From Ruditapes philippinarum (Eukaryota), in the NCBI RefSeq assembly GCF_026571515.1, contig NW_026865136.1, positions 124,001-188,000 on the forward strand: DNA of 64,000 nt, written 5' to 3'. The notes below the pieces were generated by a model. That model saw nothing but the letters and a program-made list of their open reading frames with translations. It ran no database searches and had not been told where the DNA came from. This document shows, one piece after another, positions 23,499-37,411 of the stretch (positions are counted from its first letter, which is position 1; each line of letters opens with the position of its first letter). The position numbers and the translations under genes are program-made.

Positions 23499-26059
23499 GC
23501 CCTTAAAGGGTCACCCCGTTTATTTTGAACACAGATAAATACTTACAAACATGCATACTTAGACACATATATCTAAATCGAACAAACAAAAACGCATGCT
23601 ACATTCAAACAAACACAAATAAAAAAGAGGCCTGTGATTAATGTTAAATCTTTTCTATGTATAGTTATGTTCCATTTTCATCTTTTTAGATAGATATACT
23701 AGTAGCTCCATATGAATAGCCAGCTCAAAGTTACAAACATTAAATCTGATATGTTAATGAAACAACAAACAAATTTAGTGTCTCTGATGATTACTCAACA
23801 GCTGTATCAAATTATGTGTTTCTAGTGTTTTTCTTTCTTCGGACATTTCATTTCTTGAATGATACCATACATTTGTACAGTATGTTGTTACTTTTTGTTC
23901 TGAAATTTTTATCATCGCTTATATTTTCTTAACAAAAACTCAAAAGATTTGCTTTACTTTTATTAGTAATAATTAGTTTACTTTGCAAAAGAATGAATAT
24001 TCTTTTCAACATTGTTTCATGTAAACACAAAATATATTTTGTCTGTCCAAATTTATTATCAAAATTATCACTACTTAAGTAATTCACAAATTTATCTGCA
24101 ATATGTTAACGTTCGCAAATAAGGCATCGTATCAATAATGTTGATAAAGCTCACTTTAAGATGTTGCATTAGGTAATTTTTTTTCAAATAAACATTCATC
24201 GAAAATTCAGATCTGTTTGCATGCATGCAATAATACAAAAGGTAGATGGATATAAGTCATTTTTCAAATAAAACATTCACATGGTTTTCTCACTATGTAA
24301 ATGTTTAGTAGTTGTTTGTTGTTGGTTTTTTTCGGTTTATTTTGTTGTTTTTCATGCACTATTGTTGTTCCTTATTTCATTACCAGATCATGGCTTTTTA
24401 GAAATAATTAGAACATTATAATACATTTTTCACATGCATATAGATTATTGTGGTGCGGTATTGTACTACTAGTGTTTTTTCATTTCTATTTGTTTTAGAA
24501 ATTATAGAATTTTTTTAGGGTTTTTGTACAAAATATATATACAACAAGTTTTTGTTAATTCACGTAATGTTACAATGTACTTTGCAGAAATGTTTACAAT
24601 TTCACTGCAGTTCGAAATGATGAATTATATCATATTTTATACTAGATATGTGCCTAGATTATACAGTAGACAAATATAGGAAATGTTTCTTATCCGTGTA
24701 GAATGCAATTGCTCATGTATTCGTAAAATCGTAAAACAAACAAGACAATGATATAAAATTGCATAATGTTATTTTTGATTAAAAAAGTCTCGGTTTATTA
24801 AAACGCTATTTTGTCTTGTTTCCCTGCATGTTGTATTTGTTATATTTCAGCAATCTCTGTATAAACATTTAAAGTAAATTTGAAGCGTCAGTTGTCAAAT
24901 TAAATTGATTCTGTGCTTCTTCTGAAATATAAAGGATTTTTGTTTGTTTTTGCATGTAAGATCGAAATAAATTTCACTGAGTGGACACCAGATGCAATAT
25001 TTTTACGAGTGGTGAAGTTACGAGTGTAAATATAATAGCTGGTGTATATTTCAATGTTACATGCAAAACAAACACATTTTCTATGTATTTCATGCCTTTT
25101 AAGTGATTTAAATCATTTTTACTTATTTTGCCGCGTAACGTCATGCGTTCTTCTTCATGAAGTCATCACATTATGACGTCACCGTACAAATGTTGAAATT
25201 TAGTTTAAATTTTCTCGAATTTCGTTAATTGTTAACACAATGTATGCAGCTTTTTCACTTGTTTCTCCTAAGGAAGCAAAATTTACATACGACGGAATAT
25301 ATTCCTATTGATAATTGCATTTAGTTATAAAATATATTTTTTCATCCGCATTCAAATAAAGTCCGGCTACAGGGAACATTATCAAATATTATTTCACTTT
25401 CGATTACAAAGCATATAACAATTTTTCCAGCGAAGTTGCAAATTAATTATCAAAATATAATTCTAATTGCTGGTTCTGTTTTATGCATTGCATTTCAGGC
25501 TGTTTAAAACAATTGATTTTTAATTAGAGTTTTTTTAGAATCTTACCGAAGTGAACCTAGTAATTCTTTCATGTTGTATTTGACAGTTTTTTAGAAATGT
25601 ACACGTATATACACTTATGACAGTAAGTTGAGTAACTGCTGCAACTGATTTTGTTTCCATCAAAACTCACAGGTTTGTTTACTATAATCACATATGTTAA
25701 CAGATAAATGGTTTCAGATGTTTCACAATAAAGATGGTTTTCCTGGTCTTGATGGGTTATCGAGTCTTAAAGAGATGCTACTTTCGGTGACTTTGAATAA
25801 CCTCTCAGGAAAAGACTTGCACTGAGTCTCTGATTTTCAACTAAGTGTGTTTTTGTTATTGTAAAAATTCTAAATGGATGCCAAAAGTTCTCTTTCACTT
25901 ATTCATATCATACCAAAAACACTACTAAACAAGAATATTTGCGCATAAAATGAATAATGCAATTAAATAGTACTTCTGTTCAATAAAAATTTATTTCGGA
26001 GGGCTTAAAATTGAATTAAGGACCATCAAATTATTTAGAAATTAAAGAGGAAAATAATA

Positions 26060-26300
26060 GCTCTCAAATGCTCATCAGAGGATATGGTCCACATGGTCAC
26101 GATTTGATTGCCAGGATACAATTTGTATTTGTTGTTCGTCGGACCAGAAGGATTTGAGTATTTTTGTAAAACGCTATCCATTGATCATTGCTGTACAGTT
26201 TGAGGATGAGATATTGTTTAAAGGCTTTCTATTTCAAGCTCGTGCAGTCGCGTTGTTTAACATACCTGAACAATATAAGAACCGCCTAAAGATCATTTCT
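26060..26300 (+). pseudogene. Possible Reeler-domain (defence protein / ferric-chelate reductase-like) gene remnant
   Basis: FKGFLFQARAV matches the Reeler F[KR]GFLxQAR motif; frameshifted C..DM.PHGH-like segment upstream. Confidence 0.35.
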
Positions 26301-26979
26301 TTAGAGTTTAAATTGATTACATTTTTTTACTTTCTTATCAGTTTTATCTAAAAGAGCCAAGTTCAAGATTTATAGGAAAACGTGTTATTGTTGTGAAATC
26401 TGTTAAAATGTAGGATAGAGAGTTTTTGGTCAATGTGATGACTCTTTGTACAATTATAAGGTGATTATGTATTCACTTTCAGTCTATTCAAAGTTAACAC
26501 TTTACGTATGAAACATCTTCCCTACTTTGGTATGATGTCAGTATTGGAGCAAGTAGAAAAGTGTGTTGCTTTAATAGGAAATAGGAATTTACATAATATG
26601 CCAGGCTTGGATCTATAAATTTTTTGTTGGTGGTGCTTTAGTTAAAAAATAACCAAACTACACTCACTCATGATAGAGGCAGGTACAAGCATCTGCATGA
26701 TACTGAGTAAATTAGTCCGGGAAAGAGGCCATAAGTAGATCCACTGGTACATTGTATATAGCCCTTTGAATCTGATAATGATGTACTACCTGTATGTGCA
26801 GCTTCTATCTTATTCTTAAACTAATTTCTTTCAATATAATAATAATGAAGCATACGTCGGTACTTTCCAAGCTAAGTAGGTAAACTAAACTTGTAATAAG
26901 TCTGGTTAAGGCAAAATAATTTTCCATTCAATATCACTAAAGTATAGCTTAATTATATCTAAAATGTTGTATTTGTACA

Positions 26980-27560
26980 TAAACAAGAAATGTGTCTATA
27001 GAACACAGGTGCCCACGCATTCCAATGTTTTATTAGTATCATGCCGTACAGGATAACAGACAAAGAAAATTCTTCTCTAATCCCCTCCCCCTAAATGTGA
27101 GGGGCATAAAAACAGCACCCAATAGTTCCAATGCTGACACTTTGGTTTTTCCCAATACATTGTATTGAGCAGCAAGAATTTCATATCTCAATTTTATATC
27201 CTAAAGTATGCTAAAAAGAAAATAAAGACAAGCAAAGCCCATGATGCAAAATTGTACATGCTGACCTACGTTCCTGTAAAGTTTCATGACTTAAGGTCAA
27301 AACGTTTGAGTTACGCTCTTGACACAATTTGAAAATTGCATTTATTTTGTAAGTCAAAGGTTATAACTCTACAAATACTGAATAAATCCAGAAGCAAACC
27401 TCTAGATCACTATCTACACATGCTGACCAATATTCCTGTAAAGTTTCATGACTCAAAATATATACATTCTAAGCTAGTTGAAAATGGCTAATTTTTACTT
27501 TCAGTTGAGGGCAACAACTCTGACAAAACTGTGCAAATATTCTAATTAGCAAATTGCGAT
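26980..27560. repeat. Helentron/HINE-like interspersed repeat with internal tandem units
   Basis: Two copies of catgctgacc..ttcctgtaaagtttcatgact; aacaaga... and ...ggggcataaaaa ends. Confidence 0.55.
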
Positions 27561-28289
27561 TCCTGCTAAATACTGATACCATCTCTCACTTTTAAAGATA
27601 CTGAAATGAATTCGGTTCCATCGGCTCTAAATGTTAATATTGTTTTGAGGATGTTAATTCATATATACTATAATAATTGTGTACAGCATGTGAGGACATA
27701 AAGTTTGATATCTTATGATAAAATATTTCTTCATTTTCCTTAGCAATATTTTCAATTAAATAGGAAATATTCGTATCATTTTTATTACGATAAAACTATT
27801 GTCACCGAATTTTCAGCTTCAGTATAAGTTGACGGATGTCAGTTTGGGTTTGAGAGAAGACAAAATAATTTTAAATCATAAAATGGGGTTTAAATCAATG
27901 GGTATCATCAAATTAAGTGAACATACACATATAGGTATAGAGAAAGAGAAGTCTGATTTTATATTAAAATATCCAGAGATATTTGGATTTTTATTTAGCA
28001 CATCAAAAAGCATAAAATGTTTGAAAAAAAAAATGTTGACTTAAAAGTGTATATCGATTTGCCGAAAAATGTCACGTGCATAAACAGATCAAAGAATAGT
28101 TCGAAGGTCAATTATATATTGAAAGTATCGAGGAAAAGGGACAGAATACACGTCGGGTACCGGTTTAGCCAGTATTACGGGACGTGAGCGATGTGGCACC
28201 TTTTCATGTACAGACTTAATTAAACCGAGTATGCAATTTTCATGTAATTTTGTTGTGATTAATGATTCCGAGGGATTACACTTTTTCCA

Positions 28290-28970
28290 GATTTTTAATA
28301 GCCGCCTTTTTAGTTTCAGTTTGCTTTGACCTATTGACGCTTAACTTTGTATCTGGATAGCACATATCAACAGGAAGCTTAGGATTGCTACAAAGATGTA
28401 TTTGATCAAGGTCAATGTCATTGTTGCTAAAATTATAAATTTAAGTTTACGCTCAATAATTTAGTTTGTTTTGACCTTTTGACACAAAACTTAGTATAAA
28501 AATATTAATTCAGTTTCCTCTCACTTTCAGTTAGCATTGACCTATTGAAGGCAAATTTGGTGTGTGGGTAGCTTATATCAAGATGCACCCAGGTGTCTGT
28601 GATCAAGGTCAATATCACAGTTGCTTAAAATCTCCACATAATAACTTGAGTTTGCTTAGACCTATTAACACCAAATTTAGTATGTGGGTAGATTTCTTGA
28701 AGACGCAACTTGGGATTGCTACCAAGGTATCTGTGAACAAGGTCAATGTCACCGTTGTTTAAAACATTTCAGTTTTCACATGATAATTTGAGTTTTCTTT
28801 GACCTATTGACACCAAACTTGCTCTGTGGGAAGCTTATATTGAGATGCTGCTTCGGATTACTGCTTAAATATCTGGGAACAAGGTCAAGTTCACTTTACA
28901 GCTTCTACTCAAACACTTTAGTATACGTTGACCTATTGATACTTAACCTGGTATTTGTGTAGCTTATTGA
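28290..28970. repeat. Degenerate tandem array (~110-120 bp unit), probably inside a HINE-like element
   Basis: About 6 recurrences of gacctattgacaccaaact..gtgtgggtagcttatat..caaggtcaa. Confidence 0.75.
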
Positions 28971-29019
28971 TGGATCTGACATTTGGGTGTAGATAAATTT
29001 GATGAACTTGAACGTGTAC

Positions 29020-29820
29020 AATATTATGCTTGTAAACGGTTTATGTGCGCAAAACAAAACTTATCAGATTGTGCTGTTTTAGGTGACTGCGCTAGGTATC
29101 CACTATATGTTAAGACTTACAAAAGAGCTATAAGATTTGTTGAAAACTAAAAAGATGCCTAAGGAAAGATTGTCAAAAATGTAAACATAATGATGCCAAA
29201 TGATGCCTCTAATTGCTATTTCAATATGGTTACATCGATGAAAAACCATTCAGAAAGACACGGATTTGGCTATGTGTGGCTTAACCGATATGTACAAAAT
29301 GAAAATGTATTTTTAAATGTTTTGTAAATAGAGTGAAAGATATAAGTCTTCAAGAGTGGAATATGAATGTTGACGGTAATTCTAAATTAGAAAGTGACAA
29401 ATTCTTTTGAGCATTTTTAAATGCTTTGGATTTGAAAAAAAAATCGATTCGTTTTTATAATTGGTCTAGATATTGAAGTAGAATGGGGAAGATATACACT
29501 TACGCAGAGAAGTGAACGACTTTGCAAAGTGTGTGATAAAAACAGTGTTGAAAATCAATATAACTATTTACTTATTTGTGACTGTTACGATGATCTACGC
29601 AATAATCACCTACTAAAGAAATATTACATACAACCAAACCTTAATAAGTTTACATAATCATGTCAACAACAAATGAATATCTCATTAAATCTGTCGCTGT
29701 TTTCTGTATTATGCATACAAAAAAAAAAGAAAACAATTTTTGAAAAATATGTAAAATGATAAGTGTTGTAACAATATATCCATAATAGCAATATTGATAA
29801 TATTTTGTTATAGGTAAATT
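29020..29820 (+). mobile_element. Degenerate LINE 3' fragment (family of 738-1600)
   Basis: AVLGDCARYPL, GFGYVW, RLCKVCDKNSVEN..FLLICDCYDDLR remnants. Confidence 0.78.
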
Positions 29821-29827
29821 GTTAATA

Positions 29828-30826
29828 CGAGGGTTGTCCAAAAAATTCGTGCACTGCAATTATTGTCGTGAGAGTTTTTAATAAAAACAAATGACTTATA
29901 TATCAATTGAAGGGGAAATCTGTCTCAAATAAGAAAACAAAAGAAAAAGCCGGCTAACCGGCGTGTCGTGTAAAAGAATGGTCATTAAGTTACCTTAGTA
30001 ACGTAATACCGGCGCCCGACAAAAATTGGGTTAGTTCATTACTGTAATTGTATTAATTGTTTATTGCTTGTAAAGTTGCATTTGCTTTTTATGTTATAAT
30101 TTGTTTTACTGTCAAAAGAGGAAAGATTGATGCAAAGTATTTTGTAGTTTTTATTGTTCTTATGCAACGGACATGTAACACATCCCACCAGTGACCGAAT
30201 ATATTGGACAACCCTCTTCACATAGTCCGGCATTACGGATGGACTTCTGCCTGACCGGTTGTCATCGTCTACCGACTCTCGCCCTTCTACAGAGCGTTTG
30301 TGCCATTAAAAAACAGTCTTCGTAACACGTATCTTGTCCCCGCTTGCCCTTTTAAGTTCTTTGTTGGTATCTGTTTGTGTTTTACCAATATTTGCACAAA
30401 ATTTAATGATCGTCCGTATTTCCAGAAGTTTAGCGACTGACATTTTCACGTAATTACAATATTGACGACCTCACAAAAATGTTTGTTTACGACCGTTACA
30501 ATAGGGCAAATGACGTCAAATTTTCTAGTGACAGTAGGAGTACGTACACATCCTTCTCCCTGAATTTTAACGTTTATATGAAGTGTTTAAAGAATACCGT
30601 GATGCATCAAAGTAATGAACTAACCCAATTTTTTGTCGTGCGCCGGTATTACGTTACAAAGGTAACTGTATGACGATTCGTTTTCACGACATGCCGGTTA
30701 CACGTTTTTTTTCTGTTGTTTTCTCAATTGAGACAGATTTCCCCTTCAAGTGATATATAATTTTTTTTTCTGTCAATAACTCTCACGACAATAACTGCAG
30801 TGCACGAACTTTTTGGACAGCCCTCG
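29828..30826. mobile_element. mariner-type MITE with ~210-bp terminal inverted repeats
   Basis: TA|CGAGGGTTGTCCAAAAAATTCGTGCACTGCA ... TGCAGTGCACGAACTTTTTGGACAGCCCTCG|TA; the inverted match extends to about 30040/30611. Confidence 0.92.
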
Positions 30827-32541
30827 TATGTTTATTGTTATGCACTTACTATGCTCTGTAAATATGTTGTGTATTATATTTTTGCATGGGCTTGAGGCCA
30901 AAAAGCAAATTAATTTTGCGGACGGCGTTTTTGGCTCAGGCATATAAACTGCTTGCAAAAATCTTAAAAGATTCACCAGTTTTTTAATTGCGTTTCAGCT
31001 GCCTCTTGTGGGATTATAAATTGAGAGCATTTCAGCTGCCATTGTCATTGATTTTCCGAGACTCAAAGTACTAGCGATATCTTTCACCAACCTAGGTTCC
31101 AAGTCAAGTGAAATATGATACGCCCGTAGTCTTATTGGTCCACAGAAAAGATCTAAAATCAATAGAAAAAAATGTCTTTTGAGAACTCTACAAGCCAGTC
31201 AACCATTTATCCTTAAATCACTTAAATTCACTTACCTTGTTGTCGTTCATAGCGGCAACATAGACAATTAACAAGATTCGACCATTTCTACACGAACACC
31301 GCCTGACCTAAGCCATTAAAACGCATAATTAAAAACAACATGATAACAAAATGGACGAAAAAAACTCAAAAGGGCACCCCATCCGCCATGTTTTTGTCGG
31401 TTACTTATTGAATAATCATTTGATTTTAACAAGAATAATTAATAGCATTTGGAATTGATATTTTGAAGGTCAGTGTCATTTTTTTCTTGGCATCAACCCT
31501 CATCGTCTTCAGCATACCTGTCTTAGGTTCAAATACTCAAGATACCGCCTTAAATTTAAAATACCTCTACCATTCATAATTTCTTCTAATCAGTCCTGTC
31601 TTCACTCCCTTATATTCTCGTATAATATAAGCTTTATTTAATAAATCAATTGTTGAATTTGTTCAATACTGAGTATAACAATATTGAGTACATAATTGTC
31701 AGATGTTTTAACAGTAAGTATTAATAAATTAGCCAAAATTTGTCAATTAATGCACACTTTTTCAATATATTTAAGTATAAAGTCAAAGCCTTCAATATTA
31801 ACCATTGTACATTACAGAAAGTTTCCGTAAGGAGATCATGTCAACAGTACCTTAATTTCCATGTAACAGAAATAATCTCACTGAAAGTGCTGTAGCCGTT
31901 AAGCCGGAGTAAATTCAATTGCATATACATGTAGGTGGTACTTTAGTTTTCCCCTTCCAAACGAAGAACATATAGTCATCGCATTGTTCGTCTGTCCGTA
32001 CGTCCGCATTTTATTGTCTGGGACATAAATCCGAAAGTACAAGAGCTATCAACAAGACACTTTGTAGGTTTACAGATCTAATTGCCTTATTTTGGAGTTA
32101 TTACCTTTTTTATTATTACACTTTGAACTTTTTCCGGGACATAACTCAGAAACTCAGTTACCGTTTGCAAATTTTAACCTTGATCATAACTTTTTAAGTT
32201 ACAGGTGTATTGTTTCCTTACTTCATACCTTTAAGGTCAAATATCTAAATTTTGCTTGATTTTTTCTGAATTTTGCTATTAGTGACTATTATTTGGTTTT
32301 ATTTTTTAACGGATTGTCTTGAAAATTCAGCACAAGAATCTTTAAGGTAAGACCTTTTAATTTAGCTGATACATATTGACTTTCAGTCATAAATGATTTT
32401 GACCTTGAAGGTCAAATTATTTAATGAAATGTTCTTCTTTTTTTGACGTAACTGGCAAAACTTTGTTAATAAGGAATGGATTGACTTCATATAAAGATAC
32501 AATATGCTTCAGGATTAAACCTTCATGTATATCGAACTTAA

Positions 32542-33048
32542 AGGGAGACACAGGCAAAATTTTCATTTCTTAGTTTTGAATTTTTCATTCATTACTCTGT
32601 AAATGCCCTCAAAATGAATACTTTAGACAGTCAAAGGAACAAAACTTTTCTCCATATAAAGAATAAAATGCAGGTTTCCTAACTTGACCCGCGTGGGTCA
32701 GGTTAGAGCACTAGCATTTCACAATAGTTGTCAAAGTGAACTCTGGAAACGTTAAAGAACATGTCAAATGAATGACTTTGGCTTGTTTCAATCATACAAT
32801 ATCCAAAATATCTGTTATTGTAACTTCAAGGGTTTGTTCAAGTCAACTGACTTGTTTAAAAACTATTTGTTGATTCTATTGGCGTCTAAATTTTGTTCAT
32901 TATATTGAGATATATTTACGCTTCAAAACCAAAATATATAGAATTTAAACAGAAATTCAAGCTGAAACTTCCAGAAAGTCATTTTAGCGTGATTTGAGTA
33001 CATAAGATCATTTTAATATTTTTGTCATTATTTTGCCTGAATATCCCT
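32542..33048. mobile_element. Kolobok-like MITE (TTAA TSD)
   Basis: TTAA|AGGGAGACACAGGCAAAAT ... ATTTTGCCTGAATATCCCT|TTAA. Confidence 0.8.
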
Positions 33049-33819
33049 TTAAAGTGACCCTGACTCATTTATGTCTTGACCTTGAGAGTTGAATGATTTT
33101 ATTTTTACTATTTTTTGCTATAATTGACTTGGTAATCAATCAAAGGATTATCTTCATACTTTGACAAAACAACCTTTTTTGGCAAGTCCTTCTAAAAGGT
33201 TCAACTGACTTTGACCTTGACATCAAAATATCTTTGACCTTCAATGTCAATTTATTAAAATGTTGTTGAATTGTGATTATTTTGTTATTTATGTGAGAAT
33301 TTGATTTAAACTTGGACAAAACAAAAATTGCTTCTTAACAAACATAAAGAATAAATTTTGACGTGACCTTGGCCTTGAGATGATCTTGACGAAGCCAAAT
33401 TAAATTAATGAATTATCTTGTTTTTCTTCTAACTGGTTATAACTAAGTCATTTATTAATGGATTTACTTCATATTTAGACACATTATATCTTAAGTCAGG
33501 TTCTGTATGCATATTAAAGTCCAATGGACATTGATTCATGCGTGACCTTGACATTGAATGTCATATTTTAATTTTACTGATATTTGCAATAATTGATTAA
33601 TCAATGGATAATCTTCATACTTGGACAAACTATCTATTTGAACAAGACCTTATTAAAGATAGAACTGACTTTGACCTTTAACTTTAAATGACCTCGACCG
33701 TTAAGCTCAAATTATTGAATTTTGTTCAAGTTTTCATAAATTTTGTTACTTATGTACGGATTTGATTCATATGTGGACAAAACAACACTTGTGACCTAAC
33801 GGACATGGTCTGAAATTTA

Positions 33820-34618
33820 GATATGACAGTAACCTTTAAATAACATTGACTGTCAAGGTCAGATAAATGAATTGTGCTTATACATACTTAACATTTTTAT
33901 TATTATTTATGGAAATTATACAAACTTAGACATACATGTCACTTGACAGACCTATTAAAATAAAAAATGTAAAACCTTAATTTTTACTAGACAGACCTAT
34001 TAAAATAAAAAATGTAAAACCTTAATTTTTACTAGAAATATTCTTTTTAAGATAGGTTTAAATTGTTTATTTGTTTGCTATTAGAAAAAGTAAAATAAAA
34101 AAGTTAAGCAATGCCTCCGCCGGGGCGTTGGCTCTTGTTACTTTTTTATCTTTCTCCGGGACACACATCTGAAACTATCACTATCAACAAGAAACTTAGT
34201 AGGTAAATATATCTCATTGAGAAGAAGTGCAGATAGATATGACAGTAACCTTTAAATGACATTGACCGTCAAAGTAACATTATGATTACTATTTATGGAA
34301 ATTAAACAAACTTAGACATAAATGTCACTTGACAGACCTATTAAAATAAAAAATGTAAAACCTTAATTTTTACTAGACAGACCTATTAAAATAAAAAATG
34401 TAAAACCTTAATTTTTACTAGAAATATTCTTTTTAAGATAGGTTTAAATTGTTTATTTGTTTGCTATTAGAAAAAGTAAAATAAAAAAGTTAAGCAATGC
34501 CTCCGCCGGGGCGTTGGCTCTTGTTACTTTTTTATCTTTCTCCGGGACACACATCTGAAACTATCACTATCAACAAGAAACTTAGTAGGTAAATATATCT
34601 CATTGAGAAGAAGTGCAG
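33820..34618. repeat. Direct tandem duplication (period 386 bp); each copy contains a 45-bp tandem pair
   Basis: About 33940-34232 is identical to about 34326-34618. Confidence 0.92.
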
Positions 34619-35449
34619 TGAAAAATGAACAGTTACTCTGCCTTGCCTATTTTTGAAGTAATTACCTTTTTTATTTCTACAAATTTTGAACTTTGTCCGG
34701 GACGAGGTATCGACAAAAAAGGTATAGATAGATAGATAGATCTCATTTAGTAAAATTGCAATGCATAAGAACCATAAATCTGCTTTATCTTATTTGGAGT
34801 TATTGTTCTTGTTAAATTTTTACACTTTGAACATCGCCCGGGACATAACTCTGAAACTGCAAGAGATATCAATAAGTAATTACTTCTGTGTGTCCAAAAC
34901 TTATTCAGGGAGCATCACACGTTTCGATCGTCTCTTGTTTTAATTCTATTTGGTTGGTCTTGTCAAACTTTTTGTTTCGTCCAAGTATGATTCATTTCCA
35001 TGAATAAATGACAAAGTTAAGAATATACAAGCAAATTTCAAACATTTTACCATGACACTTAAGATAGATCATTTAAACAAAGAGATCATTCAAACAAAGA
35101 CATATGTTTGTTGAAACTCACTGAGGCGTGACGATTTTAAACTTCACCTAGAAGTTCAATTTGAAACCATTCAAAATGTAGATGGGCACAGACTTCTTGA
35201 TATTGGTAAACAAACTTACCAGTAAGAGAAACAGTAACTTGTGATCATTGAACAAGCGAATCAAAGTTTAAGTAACAAACTAATTCATGTGTTTAATTGC
35301 ATCATAAAAACATCGCATAGTCTATTCTGGTTCCCTGCATTCATACTTAGGAAATTTGTTTAGGGGAAAGAACTCCTAACTACTTGTAGTATACATGTAT
35401 ATCAAGATTGAAATGTCCGGGCAGTTATAACCCGTTTCAGAGTTAAAGC

Positions 35450-35745
35450 AAACAACTTTTCTTTTAATGCGTTTATTTAAGGTCGCCGCCGGAAAGCCCA
35501 TGTGGGCGACCGTACACTCAAGTCGGGCCACCCTAGAGCGACCCGCCGAGATTTTTCGTCGATATTTTTCCAGCTTTATTGGTGGAGGAAGACCCCAGGC
35601 TGGGTAGAACCACTGACCTTCCGTAAGCCAGCTGGATGGCTTCCTCACATGAAAGATTTTGACCCGAGTGAGGATCGAACCTACAGCGGTGAGGGACATG
35701 TGATCTCATGTTAGCGACCTTAACCACTCGGCCACGGAGGCCCCT
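35450..35745 (-). mobile_element. Near-complete tRNA-derived SINE
   Basis: 5' GGGGCCTCCGTGGCCGAGTGGTTAAGG (A box), GGTTCGATCC (B box), core catgtgaggaagccatccagctggcttacggaagg. Confidence 0.9.
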
Positions 35746-37411
35746 CAAAAGCAAACAACGTACTGTTGTTAGTGTTTTAATATGTCTGTGTACATGTAGC
35801 ACGTATTATTGACCATGGGTTTTCATTGATAACTAGTTTTGTGTGCACACCGATGGATATCAGAAAGTAATGATGACTCTGTATCAGCAACAGTTTTTGC
35901 TCTGGAATTTTACTAAGCCATTATTTATAAATAGTTTTTTTTCAAAATAAGTCTGCTTCCGGACCCTCTACTTGTACTACCCTTTTCTATAAATTTAGTG
36001 TTGCCCTAGAAGGAATTTTGGTAGGCTTAACTTGTATAATGAATATTTGATCAATCTGGAACTACAATGTATGTATTTATTTTCTGAGAAGGATAATAAA
36101 TTAAAGCGCTTGTGTATTTATGTAGACGGACTATTGTCAGGTTTGACAATAAGCGAAGCATAGGGTCCAAATTATGGTAGTCATTGGAGTATCGTCTTGG
36201 GTCCGAGAACCCCAACACATAAAAGCCTTGTTGGGGTTCCTTCTAAAAGGAAATATTCTTATACCCCTTTATGTAAATATCAACGTTTAATCATCTACAA
36301 ACAAATAATAAATAGATAAAAGTTCTCATTAAAACAATATTCAAAAGTGATTATATTTATCTTACAATACTATAAATATATATCTTAACAGACATGATGA
36401 AAATGTCACTTTTTAAAGTAATACCGCTATTTTATATAGACAATATTTATTTTTAGCCATTTATCCTGAATTCTTTCACTACCATACCAGGTTGTTCATA
36501 CTGTAACCTGTTTTCAAAATAACGGTTTAATTAAGCATTGTTTTATAATTTGTAAAACACTAAAGTTTACAATGAAAAGACAACGATTCTCTTAGAGTTG
36601 AATATGCCAAGTATAGGTTGATCAACAAGCATTTATGAGAGGATATGGTGTTTGGTTATGTTTTTTTTATAAAAAGAAATTCATTGTTTCATATTAACAA
36701 ACACAGTTAGCTACATTAATGTAATGTTGCAATCTAAAACACATTACTTAATCATTTAAGGTTGTGGGCTTTAACTTTGGTATGGAAAATAGAAATTCCT
36801 TGGCTATAGAGTCCGATTTAAAAACAACAAGAATGAAATAGATAACGCTTCCGAATTAAGAAGAACAAATAACCTATGCAACTTGCAGTTGTCATAATTA
36901 GTAATAAGAAATATAAATAAAAGTAAGGATACAGACAATTGATGCAATAAATTATACATTAAAGACAATAGCAAAACTTGAATGTGATATTTTACAAAAG
37001 TAATATTTAAAGAGGAAAGTGTACATATTTACGGTAAAATCACACGTCAGTATCTTAATTTGTATATTTTTTATGCATAAATTATGGACCAAAGGATGCT
37101 TAATTTCTCTTTCAGTTTGAAGAGTCCTTAAATACATTAATTTATAATGTTCGCTGGCTATTCAGTCTAAGATTGTTTTGATTTTCCGGTCAGAAAGTGG
37201 AAGTCACGTGTTACTTCCATGCGTCTTTTACGTTGATAAGATTTAAAATCACGTTTGAGTATGTATCCTTCTCTAAAGTATTTTGATATCTCAAGATCTG
37301 TTTTCCCTGACGTATTCCTGTCGCAATTTTGTAAAGTTTAAATCTTTAAGGAGAACATTATAATGAGTAGTTTCACAAACAGTGTTGACTATTTGTGAAT
37401 GTATTTAACAG

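Larger units (their letters stand above)
31940..34945. repeat. Mosaic of HINE/Helentron-like repeats with tgaccttga-rich tandem units
   Basis: Recurrent gaccttgaaggtcaa and tccgggacataactc..aaact motifs. Confidence 0.6.

Noticed and set aside
35670-35745. tRNA gene (A and B boxes)
   Set aside because: Continues into a SINE core found elsewhere in the window; no complete cloverleaf
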